This document shows, in pieces, positions 52,366 through 64,000 of a stretch of DNA of 64,000 nt. The stretch is from the human T2T-CHM13v2.0 reference genome, Homo sapiens. The notes below the pieces were generated by a model. That model was given only the letters and a program-made list of their open reading frames with translations. It searched no databases and was not told the DNA's origin. The DNA lies in assembly GCF_009914755.1 (NCBI RefSeq), contig NC_060946.1, one strand, 5' to 3'. Numbering within the stretch: position 1 is the stretch's first letter; each line of letters starts with the position of its first letter. The translations under genes were made by a program, and so were the position numbers.

Positions 52366-55300
52366 AATGCTTCTGTCGAGATTTTATATGAAGATATTCC
52401 CGTTTCCAACGAAATCCTGAAATCTATCCAAATATCCCCTCGCAGATTCTACAAAAAGAGTGTTTCAAAACTGCTCTGTAAAAAGAAAGGTTCAACTCTG
52501 TTAGTTGAGTACACACATCACAAACAAGTTTCACAGAATGCTTCTTTCTAGCTTGTAGGGGAAGATATTCCCTTTATCACCATGGGCCTCCAACCGTCCG
52601 AAACATCCACTTCCATATACTACAAAAAGAGCGTTTCAAACCTGCTCTATGAAAGGCAATGTTCAACTCTGTGACTTGAATGCAGACATCACAGAGCAGT
52701 TTCTGAGAATGCTTCTGTCTAGATTTTATAGGAAGATATTCCCGTTTCCAACGAAATCTTCACAGCTATCCAAATATCCACTTGCAGATTCTACAAAAAG
52801 AGTGTATCAAAACTGCTCTGTCAAAAGGAAGGTTCTTCTCTGTTAGGTGAGTGCATACGTCATAAAGGAGTTTCTGAGAATGTTTCTGTCTAGTGGTTAT
52901 GGGAAGATATTTGCTTTTTCACCGTAGGCCTCAGAGCGCTCCAAATGTCCACTTGCACATACTACAAAAAGAGTGCTTCAAACCTGCTCTCTGAAACGGA
53001 ATGTTCAACTCTATGAGTTGAATGCAAACATCACAAAGACGTTTCTGAGAATGCTTCTGTCTAGATTTGATATGAAGATATTCCCGTTTACAACGAAATC
53101 TTCAAATCTATCCAAATGTCCACTTGCAGATTCAACAAAATGTGTTTTTCAGAACTGCTCTATCAAAAGAAAGATCCACCTCTGTTAGCTGAGTTCACAC
53201 ATCACAAACAAGTTTATGAGAATGCTTCTGTCTAGTTTTTATTTGAAGATATTTCCTTTCTCACCATAGACCTGAAAGCTGTCCTAATGTTCACTTCCAG
53301 ATACTACAGAAAGAGTGTTTCAAAACTGCTGTACGAAAGGGAATGTTCAACTCTGTGACTTGAATGCACTCATCACAAAGAAGTTTCTGAGGATGCTGCT
53401 GTCTACTTTTTATACGTAATCCCGTTTCCAACGAAATCCTCCAAGCTATCCAAATATCCACTTGCAGATTCCACAGAAAGAATGTTTCAAAACTGCTCTG
53501 TCAATAGAAAGGTTCAACTCAGTTAGCTGCGTGCATATATCCCAAAGAAGATTCTGAGATTGCTTCTGTCTAGTTTTTATGGGAAGATATTTCCCTTTTC
53601 ACCGTAGGCGTCAAGGCGCTCCAAATGTCCACTTCCAGATACTACAAAAAGAGTGTTTCAAACCTAATCTGTGAAAGGGAATATTCAACTCTGTAACTTG
53701 AATGCACATATCACAAAGAAGTTTCTGAGAATGCTTCTGTCGAGATTTTATGTGAAGATATTCCCGTTTCCAACGAAATCCTGAAATCTATCCAAATATC
53801 CCCTCGCAGATTCTACAAAAAGAGTGTTTCAAAACTGCTCTGTAAAAGGAAAGGTTCAAGTCTGTTAGTTGAGTACACACATCACAAACAAGTTTCACAG
53901 AATGCTTCTTTCTAGCTTGTAGGGGAAGATATTCCCTTCATCACCATGGGCCTCAAACCGTCCGAAACGTCCACTTCCATATACTACAAAAAGAGCGTTT
54001 CAAACCTGCTCTATGAAAGGCAATGTTCAACTCTGTGACTTGAATGCAGACATCACAGAGCAGTTTCTGAGAATGCTTCTGTCTAGATTTTATAGGAAGA
54101 TATTCCCGTTTCCAACGAAATCTTCACAGCTATCCAAATATCCACTTGCAGATTCTACAAAAAGAGTGTATCAAAACTGCTCTGTCAAAAGGAAGGTTCT
54201 TCTCTGTTAGGTGAGTGCATACGTCATAAAGGAGTTTCTGAGAATGTTTCTGTCTAGTGGTTATGGGAAGATATTTGCTTTTTCACCGTAGGCCTCAGAG
54301 CGCTCCAAATGTCCACTTGCACATACTACAAAAAGAGTGCTTCAAACCTGCTCTCTGAAACGGAATGTTCAACTCTATGAGTTGAATGCAAACATCACAA
54401 AGACGTTTCTGAGAATGCTTCTGTCTAGATTTGATATGAAGATATTCCCGTTTCCAACGAAATCTTCAAATCTATCCAAATGTCCACTTGCAGATTCAAC
54501 AAAATGTGTTTTTCAGAACTGCTCTATCAAAAGAAAGATCCACCTCTGTTAGCTGAGTTCACACATCACAAACAAGTTTATGAGAATGCTTCTGTCTAGT
54601 TTTTATTTGAAGATATTTCCTTTCTCACCATAGACCTGAAAGCTGTCCTAATGTTCACTTCCAGATACTACAGAAAGAGTGTTTCAAAACTGCTGTACGA
54701 AAGGGAATGTTCAACTCTGTGACTTGAATGCACACATCACAAAGAAGTTTCTGAGGATGCTGCTGTCTACTTTTTATACGTAATCTCGTTTCCAACGAAA
54801 TCCTCCAAGCTATCCAAATATCCACTTGCAGATTCCACAGAAAGACTGTTTCAAAACTGCTCTGTCTATAGAAAGGTTCAACTCTGTTAGCTGCGTGCAT
54901 ATATCCCAAAGACGATTCTGAGATTGCTTCTGTCTAGTTTTTAGGGGAAGATATTTCCCTTTTCACCGTAGGCGTCAAGGCGCTCCAAATGTCCACTACC
55001 AGATGCTACAAAAAGAGTGTTTCAAACCTACTCTGTGAAAGGGAATATTCAACTCTGTGACTTGAATGCAGATATCACAAAGAAGTTTCTGAGAATGCTT
55101 CTGTCGAGATTTTATATGAAGATATTCCCGTTTCCAACGAAATCCTGAAATCTATCCAAATATCCCCTCGCAGATTCTACAAAAAGAGTGTTTCAAAACT
55201 GCTCTGTAAAAAGAAAGGTTCAACTCTGTTAGTTGAGTACACACATCACAAACAAGTTTCACAGAATGCTTCTTTCTAGCTTGTAGGGGAAGATATTCCC

Positions 55301-58300
55301 TTTATCACCATGGGCCTCCAACCGTCCGAAACGTCCACTTCCATATACTACAAAAAGAGCGTTTCAAACCTGCTCTATGAAAGGCAATGTTCAACTCTGT
55401 GACTTGAATGCAGACATCACAGAGCAGTTTCTGAGAATGCTTCTGTCTAGATTTTATAGGAAGATATTCCCGTTTCCAACGAAATCTTCACAGCTATCCA
55501 AATATCCACTTGCAGATTCTACAAAAAGAGTGTATCAAAACTGCTCTGTCAAAAGGAAGGTTCTTCTCTGTTAGGTGAGTGCATACGTCATAAAGGAGTT
55601 TCTGAGAATGTTTCTGTCTAGTGGTTATGGGAAGATATTTGCTTTTTCACCGTAGGCCTCAGAGCGCTCCAAATATCCACTTGCACATACTACAAAAAGA
55701 GTGCCTCAAAGCTGCTCTCTGAAACGGAATGTTCAACTCTATGAGTTGAATGCAAACATCACAAAGACGTTTCTGAGAATGCTTCTGTCTAGATTTGATA
55801 TGAAGATATTCCCGTTTCCAACGAAATCTTCAAATCTATCCAAATGTCCACTTGCAGATTCAACAAAAAGTGTTTTTCAGAACTGCTCTATCAAAAGAAA
55901 GATCCACCTCTGTTAGCTGAGTTCACACATCACAAACAAGTTTATGAGAATGCTTCTGTCTAGTTTTTATTTGAAGATATTTCCTTTCTCACCATAGACC
56001 TGAAAGCTGTCCTAATGTTCACTTCCAGATACTACAGAAAGAGTGTTTCAAAACTGCTGTACGAAAGGGAATGTTCAACTCTGTGACTTGAATGCACACA
56101 TCACAAAGAAGTTTCTGAGGATGCTGCTGTCTACTTTTTATACGTAATCCCGTTTCCAACGAAATCCTCCAAGCTATCCAAATATCCACTTGCAGATTCC
56201 ACAGAAAGACTGTTTCAAAACTGCTCTGTCAATAGAAAGGTTCAACTCTGTTAGCTGCGTGCATATATCCCAAAGAAGATTCTGAGATTGCTTCTGTCTA
56301 GTTTTTATGGGAAGATATTTCCCTTTTCACCGTAGGCGTCAAGGCGCTCCAAATGTCCACTTCCAGATACTACAAAAAGAGTGTTTCAAACCTACTCTGT
56401 GAAAGCGAATATTCAACTCTGTGACTTGAATGCACATATCACAAAGAAGTTTCTGAGAATGCTTCTGTCGAGATTGTTTATGAAGATATTCCCGTTTCCA
56501 ACGAAATCCTGAAATCTATCCAAATATCCCCTCGCAGATTCTACAAAAAGAGTGTTTCAAAACTGCTCTGTAAAAGGAAAGGTTCAACTCTGTTAGTTGA
56601 GTACACACATCACAAACAAGTTTCACAGAATGCTTCTTTCTAGCTTGTAGGGGAAGATATTCCCTTCATCACCATGGGCCTCAAACCGTCCGAAACGTCC
56701 ACTTCCATATACTACAAAAAGAGCGTTTCAAACCTGCTCTATGAAAGGCAATGTTCAACTCTGTGACTTGAATGCAGACATCACAGAGCAGTTTCTGAGA
56801 ATGCTTCTGTCTAGATTTTATAGGAAGATATTCCCGTTTCCAACGAAATCTTCACAGCTATCCAAATATCCACTTGCAGATTCTACAAAAAGAGTGTATC
56901 AAAACTGCTCTGTCAAAAGGAAGGTTCTTCTCTGTTAGGTGAGTGCATACGTCATAAAGGAGTTTCTGAGAATGTTTCTGTCTAGTGGTTATGGGAAGAT
57001 ATTTGCTTTTTCACCGTAGGCCTCAGAGCGCTCCAAATGTCCACTTGCACATACTACAAAAAGAGTGCTTCAAACCTGCTCTCTGAAACGGAATGTTCAA
57101 CTCTATGAGTTGAATGCAAACATCACAAAGACGTTTCTGAGAATGCTTCTGTCTAGATTTGATATGAAGATATTCCCGTTTCCAACGAAATCTTCAAATC
57201 TATCCAAATGTCCACTTGCAGATTCAACAAAATGTGTTTTTCAGAACTGCTCTATCAAAAGAAAGATCCACCTCTGTTAGCTGAGTTCACACATCACAAA
57301 CAAGTTTATGAGAATGCTTCTGTCTAGTTTTTATTTGAAGATATTTCCTTTCTCACCATAGACCTGAAAGCTGTCCTAATGTTCACTTCCAGATACTACA
57401 GAAAGAGTGTTTCAAAACTGCTGTACGAAAGGGAATGTTCAACTCTGTGACTTGAATGCACACATCACAAAGAAGTTTCTGAGGATGCTGCTGTCTACTT
57501 TTTATACGTAATCTCGTTTCCAACGAAATCCTCCAAGCTATCCAAATATCCACTTGCAGATTCCACAGAAAGACTGTTTCAAAACTGCTCTGTCTATAGA
57601 AAGGTTCAACTCTGTTAGCTGCGTGCATATATCCCAAAGACGATTCTGAGATTGCTTCTGTCTAGTTTTTATGGGAAGATATTTCCCTTTTCACCGTAGG
57701 CGTCAAGGCGCTCCAAATGTCCACTAACAGATGCTACAAAAAGAGTGTTTCAAACCTACTCTGTGAAAGGGAATATTCAACTCTGTGACTTGAATGCAGA
57801 TATCACAAAGAAGTTTCTGAGAATGCTTCTGTCGAGATTTTATATGAAGATATTCCCGTTTCCAACGAAATCCTGAAATCTATCCAAATATCCCCTCGCA
57901 GATTCTACAAAAAGAGTGTTTCAAAACTGCTCTGTAAAAAGAAAGGTTCAACTCTGTTAGTTGAGTACACACATCACAAACAAGTTTCACAGAATGCTTC
58001 TTTCTAGCTTGTAGGGGAAGATATTACCTTTATCACCATGGTCCGCAAACCGTCCGAAACGTCCACTTCCATATACTACAAAAAGAGCGTTTCAAACCTG
58101 CTCTAGGAAAGGCAATGTTCAACTCTGTGACTTGAATGCAGACATCACAGAGCAGTTTCTGAGAATGCTTCTGTCTAGATTTTATAGGAAGATATTCCCG
58201 TTTCCAACGAAATCTTCACAGCTATCCAAATATCCACTTGCAGATTCTACAAAAAGAGTGTATCAAAACTGCTCTGTCAAAAGGAAGGTTCTTCTCTGTT

Positions 58301-61300
58301 AGGTGAGTGCATACGTCATAAAGGAGTTTCTGAGAATGTTTCTGTCTAGTGGTTATGGGAAGATATTTGCTTTTTCACCGTAGGCCTCAGAGCGCTCCAA
58401 ATATCCACTTGCACATACTACAAAAAGAGTGCCTCAAAGCTGCTCTCTGAAACGGAATGTTCAACTCTATGAGTTGAATGCAAACATCACAAAGACGTTT
58501 CTGAGAATGCTTCTGTCTAGATTTGATATGAAGATATTCCCGTTTCCAACGAAATCTTCAAATCTATCCAAATGTCCACTTGCATAATCAACAAAAAGTG
58601 TTTTTCAGAACTGCTCTATCAAAAGAAAGATCCACCTCTGTTAGCTGAGTTCACACATCACAAACAAGTTTATGAGAATGCTTCTGTCTAGTTTTTATTT
58701 GAAGATATTTCCTTTCTCACCATAGACCTGAAAGCTGTCCTAATGTTCACTTCCAGATACTACAGAAAGAGTGTTTCAAAACTGCTGTACGAAAGGGAAT
58801 GTTCAACTCTGTGACTTGAATGCACACATCACAAAGAAGTTTCTGAGGATGCTGCTGTCTACTTTTTATACGTAATCCCGTTTCCAACGAAATCCTCCAA
58901 GCTATCCAAATATCCACTTGCAGATTCCACAGAAAGACTGTTTCAAAACTGCTCTGTCAATAGAAAGGTTCAACTCTGTTAGCTGCGTGCATATATCCCA
59001 AAGAAGATTCTGAGATTGCTTCTGTCTAGTTTTTATGGGAAGATATTTCCCTTTTCACCGTAGGCGTCAAGGCGCTCCAAATGTCCACTTCCAGATACTA
59101 CAAAAAGAGTGTTTCAAACCTACTCTGTGAAAGCGAATATTCAACTCTGTGACTTTAATGCACATATCACAAAGAAGTTTCTGAGAATGCTTCTGTCGAG
59201 ATTTTATATGAAGATATTCCCGTTTCCAACGAAATCCTGAAATCTATCCAAATATCCCCTCGCAGATTCTACAAAAAGAGTGTTTCAAAACTGCTCTGTA
59301 AAAAGAAAGGTTCAACTCTGTTAGTTGAGTACACACATCACAAACAAGTTTCACAGAATGCTTCTTTCTAGCTTGTAGGGGAAGATATTCCCTTTATCAC
59401 CATGGGCCTCCAACCGTCCGAAACGTCCACTTCCATATACTACAAAAAGAGCGTTTCAAACCTGCTCTATGAAAGGCAATGTTCAACTCTGTGACTTGAA
59501 TGCAGACATCACAGAGCAGTTTCTGAGAATGCTTCTGTCTAGATTTTATAGGAAGATATTCCCGTTTCCAACGAAATCTTCACAGCTATCCAAATATCCA
59601 CTTGCAGATTCTACAAAAAGAGTGTATCAAAACTGCTCTGTCAAAAGGAAGGTTCTTCTCTGTTAGGTGAGTGCATACGTCATAAAGGAGTTTCTGAGAA
59701 TGTTTCTGTCTAGTGGTTATGGGAAGATATTTGCTTTTTCACCGTAGGCCTCAGAGCGCTCCAAATGTCCACTTGCACATACTACAAAAAGAGTGCTTCA
59801 AACCTGCTCTCTGAAACGGAATGTTCAACTCTATGAGTTGAATGCAAACATCACAAAGACGTTTCTGAGAATGCTTCTGTCTAGATTTGATATGAAGATA
59901 TTCCCGTTTCCAACGAAATCTTCAAATCTATCCAAATGTCCACTTGCAGATTCAACAAAATGTGTTTTTCAGAACTGCTCTATCAAAAGAAAGATCCACC
60001 TCTGTTAGCTGAGTTCACACATCACAAACAAGTTTATGAGAATGCTTCTGTCTAGTTTTTATTTGAAGATATTTCCTTTCTCACCATAGACCTGAAAGCT
60101 GTCCTAATGTTCACTTCCAGATACTACAGAAAGAGTGTTTCAAAACTGCTGTACGAAAGGGAATGTTCAACTCTGTGACTTGAATGCACACATCACAAAG
60201 AAGTTTCTGAGGATGCTGCTGTCTACTTTTTATACGTAATCTCGTTTCCAACGAAATCCTCCAAGCTATCCAAATATCCACTTGCAGATTCCACAGAAAG
60301 ACTGTTTCAAAACTGCTCTGTCTATAGAAAGGTTCAACTCTGTTAGCTGCGTGCATATATCCCAAAGACGATTCTGAGATTGCTTCTGTCTAGTTTTTAT
60401 GGGAAGATATTTCCCTTTTCACCGTAGGCGTCAAGGCGCTCCAAATGTCCACTACCAGATGCTACAAAAAGAGTGTTTCAAACCTACTCTGTGAAAGGGA
60501 ATATTCAACTCTGTGACTTGAATGCAGATATCACAAAGAAGTTTCTGAGAATGCTTCTGTCGAGATTTTATATGAAGATATTCCCGTTTCCAACGAAATC
60601 CTGAAATCTATCCAAATATCCCCTCGCAGATTCTACAAAAAGAGTGTTTCAAAACTGCTCTGTAAAAAGAAAGGTTCAACTCTGTTAGTTGAGTACACAC
60701 ATCACAAACAAGTTTCACAGAATGCTTCTTTCTAGCTTGTAGGGGAAGATATTCCCTTTATCACCATGGGCCTCCAACCGTCCGAAACGTCCACTTCCAT
60801 ATACTACAAAAAGAGCGTTTCAAACCTGCTCTATGAAAGGCAATGTTCAACTCTGTGACTTGAATGCAGACATCACAGAGCAGTTTCTGAGAATGCTTCT
60901 GTCTAGATTTTATAGGAAGATATTCCCGTTTCCAACGAAATCTTCACAGCTATCCAAATATCCACTTGCAGATTCTACAAAAAGAGTGTATCAAAACTGC
61001 TCTGTCAAAAGGAAGGTTCTTCTCTGTTAGGTGAGTGCATACGTCATAAAGGAGTTTCTGAGAATGTTTCTGTCTAGTGGTTATGGGAAGATATTTGCTT
61101 TTTCACCGTAGGCCTCAGAGCGCTCCAAATATCCACTTGCACATACTACAAAAAGAGTGCCTCAAAGCTGCTCTCTGAAACGGAATGTTCAACTCTATGA
61201 GTTGAATGCAAACATCACAAAGACGTTTCTGAGAATGCTTCTGTCTAGATTTGATATGAAGATATTCCCGTTTCCAACGAAATCTTCAAATCTATCCAAA

Positions 61301-64000
61301 TGTCGACTTGCAGATTCAACAAAAAGTGTTTTTCAGAACTGCTCTATCAAAAGAAAGATCCACCTCTGTTAGCTGAGTTCACACATCACAAACAAGTTTA
61401 TGAGAATGCTTCTGTCTAGTTTTTATTTGAAGATATTTCCTTTCTCACCATAGACCTGAAAGCTGTCCTAATGTTCACTTCCAGATACTACAGAAAGAGT
61501 GTTTCAAAACTGCTGTACGAAAGGGAATGTTCAACTCTGTGACTTGAATGCACACATCACAAAGAAGTTTCTGAGGATGCTGCTGTCTACTTTTTATACG
61601 TAATCCCGTTTCCAACGAAATCCTCCAAGCTATCCAAATATCCACTTGCAGATTCCACAGAAAGACTGTTTCAAAACTGCTCTGTCAATAGAAAGGTTCA
61701 ACTCTGTTAGCTGCGTGCATATATCCCAAAGAAGATTCTGAGATTGCTTCTGTCTAGTTTTTATGGGAAGATATTTCCCTTTTCACCGTAGGCGTCAAGG
61801 CGCTCCAAATGTCCACTTCCAGATACTACAAAAAGAGTGTTTCAAACCTACTCTGTGAAAGCGAATATTCAACTCTGTGACTTGAATGCACATATCACAA
61901 AGAAGTTTCTGAGAATGCTTCTGTCGAGATTGTTTATGAAGATATTCCCGTTTCCAACGAAATCCTGAAATCTATCCAAATATCCCCTCGCAGATTCTAC
62001 AAAAAGAGTGTTTCAAAACTGCTCTGTAAAAAGAAAGGTTCAACTCTGTTAGTTGAGTACACACATCACAAACAAGTTTCACAGAATGCTTCTTTCTAGC
62101 TTGTAGGGGAAGATATTCCCTTTATCACCATGGGCCTCCAACCGTCCGAAACGTCCACTTCCATATACTACAAAAAGAGCGTTTCAAACCTGCTCTATGA
62201 AAGGCAATGTTCAACTCTGTGACTTGAATGCAGACATCACAGAGCAGTTTCTGAGAATGCTTCTGTCTAGATTTTATAGGAAGATATTCCCGTTTCCAAC
62301 GAAATCTTCACAGCTATCCAAATATCCACTTGCAGATTCTACAAAAAGAGTGTATCAAAACTGCTCTGTCAAAAGGAAGGTTCTTCTCTGTTAGGTGAGT
62401 GCATACGTCATAAAGGAGTTTCTGAGAATGTTTCTGTCTAGTGGTTATGGGAAGATATTTGCTTTTTCACCGTAGGCCTCAGAGCGCTCCAAATATCCAC
62501 TTGCACATACTACAAAAAGAGTGCCTCAAAGCTGCTCTTTGAAACGGAATGTTCAACTCTATGAGTTGAATGCAAACATCACAAAGACGTTTCTGATAAT
62601 GCTTCTGTCTAGATTTGATATGAAGATATTCCCGTTTCCAACGAAATCTTCAAATCTATCCAAATGTCCACTTGCAGATTCAACAAAAAGTGTTTTTCAG
62701 AACTGCTCTATCAAAAGAAAGATCCACCTCTGTTAGCTGAGTTCACACATCACAAACAAGTTTATGAGAATGCTTCTGTCTAGTTTTTATTTGAAGATAT
62801 TTCCTTTCTCACCATAGACCTGAAAGCTGTCCTAATGTTCACTTCCAGATACTACAGAAAGAGTGTTTCAAAACTGCTGTACGAAAGGGAATGTTCAACT
62901 CTGTGACTTGAATGCACACATCACAAAGAAGTTTCTGAGGATGCTGCTGTCTACTTTTTATATGTAATCCCGTTTCCAACGAAATCCTCCAAGCTATCCA
63001 AATATCCACTTGCAGATTCCACAGAAAGACTGTTTCAAAACTGCTCTGTCAATAGAAAGGTACAACTCTGTTAGCTGCGTGCATATATCCCAAAGAAGAT
63101 TCTGAGATTGCTTCTGTCTAGTTTTTATGGGAAGATATTTCCCTTTTCACCGTAGGCGTCAAGGCGCTCCAAATGTCCACTTCCAGATACTACAAAAAGA
63201 GTGTTTCAAACCTACTCTGTGAAAGGGAATATTCACCTCTGTGACTTGAATGCAGATATCACAAAGAAGTTTCTGAGAATGCTTCTGTCGAGATTTTATA
63301 TGAAGATATTCCCGTTTCCAACGAAATCCTGAAATCTATCCAAATATCCCCTCGCAGATTCTACAAAAAGAGAGTTTCAAAACTGCTCTGTAAAAAGAAA
63401 GGTTCAACTCTGTTAGTTGAGTACACACATCACAAACAAGTTTCACAGAATGCTTCTTTCTAGCTTGTAGGGGAAGATATTCCCTTTATCACCATGGGCC
63501 TCCAACCGTCCGAAACATCCACTTCCATATACTACAAAAAGAGCGTTTCAAACCTGCTCTATGAAAGGCAATGTTCAACTCTGTGACTTGAAAGCAGACA
63601 TCACAGAGCAGTTTCTGAGAATGCTTCTGTCTAGATTTTATAGGAAGATATTCCCGTTTCCAACGAAATCTTCACAGCTATCCAAATATCCACTTGCAGA
63701 TTCTACAAAAAGAGTGTATCAAAACTGCTCTGTCAAAAGGAAGGTTCTTCTCTGTTAGGTGAGTGCATACGTCATAAAGGAGTTTCTGAGAATGTTTCTG
63801 TCTAGTGGTTATGGGAAGATATTTGCTTTTTCACCGTAGGCCTCAGAGCGCTCCAAATATCCACTTGCACATACTACAAAAAGAGTGCCTCAAAGCTGCT
63901 CTTTGAAACGGAATGTTCAACTCTATGAGTTGAATGCAAACATCACAAAGACGTTTCTGAGAATGCTTCTGTCTAGATTTGATATGAAGATATTCCCGTT

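Larger units (their letters stand above)
1..64000 (-). repeat. Centromeric alpha-satellite higher-order repeat array: 8-monomer, 1,364-bp HOR, ~46.9 tandem copies, dimeric SF2-type (best guess D14Z9/D22Z1, chr14/22)
   Basis: ~171-bp monomers carry typical alphoid motifs (ttcaactctgtgacttgaatgc, gtttctgagaatgcttctgtct, ctacaaaaagagtgtttcaaa). Landmarks recur every 1,364 bp (tgagttcacacatc at 1, 1365, 2729, ...; ORF-track starts 1148, 2512, ... 16148, 17512, 18876). CENP-B boxes sit in alternate monomers. Strand is given by the canonical CENP-B box orientation. The alpha-satellite 8-mer call is essentially certain; the chromosome identity is recollection only (about 0.6), and other SF2 arrays such as chr20 D20Z2 are not excluded. 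Confidence 0.98.

Noticed and set aside
50564-60365. 84-aa and 63-aa minus-strand ORFs
   Set aside because: By-products of haplotype SNPs (such as ctgtctatag) in satellite DNA; informative only as lineage markers.
824-63758. Recurrent 65-aa and 71-aa plus-strand ORFs (MKGNVQLC..., MPQSCSLK...)
   Set aside because: They are translations of alpha-satellite monomers repeating with the HOR period. Many begin at GTG, and they appear or vanish with single SNPs (tctatg/tctagg, gcataa). There is no evidence of coding constraint or gene structure.
1-64000. Possible L1/Alu insertion, inversion or monomer-deletion HOR variant
   Set aside because: The register is conserved throughout (landmarks offset by 1,362-1,364 bp), orientation never flips, and I saw no non-alphoid sequence, poly(A) tail or target-site duplication.
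1-64000. A previously undescribed biological system encoded in the window
   Set aside because: Every base I examined is accounted for by a known class of centromeric satellite. Only the variant architecture is potentially new, and claiming more would be unsupported.

Overview
The whole 64 kb window is one uninterrupted, head-to-tail primate (most likely human) centromeric alpha-satellite array. It holds about 46.9 copies of a 1,364-bp higher-order repeat (HOR) made of eight ~171-bp monomers, with a 17-bp CENP-B box in every second monomer (TCCCGTTTCCAACGAAA on +, so the canonical TTTCGTTGGAAACGGGA reads on the - strand). The dimeric A/B alternation and 8-mer length best fit a suprachromosomal family 2 (SF2) live HOR, most plausibly D14Z9/D22Z1; that chromosome assignment is from memory and unverified. 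I found no genes, transposons, inversions or monomer-deletion HOR variants, and all ORFs in the track are artefacts of the repeat. I see no evidence for a new protein-coding or RNA system. The informative signal is in the single-base variants between HOR copies: (i) a recent 3-HOR (4,091 bp) super-repeat and several 2-HOR duplications; (ii) spatial haplotype domains; (iii) one HOR-length island at ~51.1-52.4 kb that is far more diverged than its neighbours; (iv) chimeric HORs; (v) an apparent lack of CpG-deamination changes inside CENP-B boxes. All variant counts were made by eye and need alignment to confirm.
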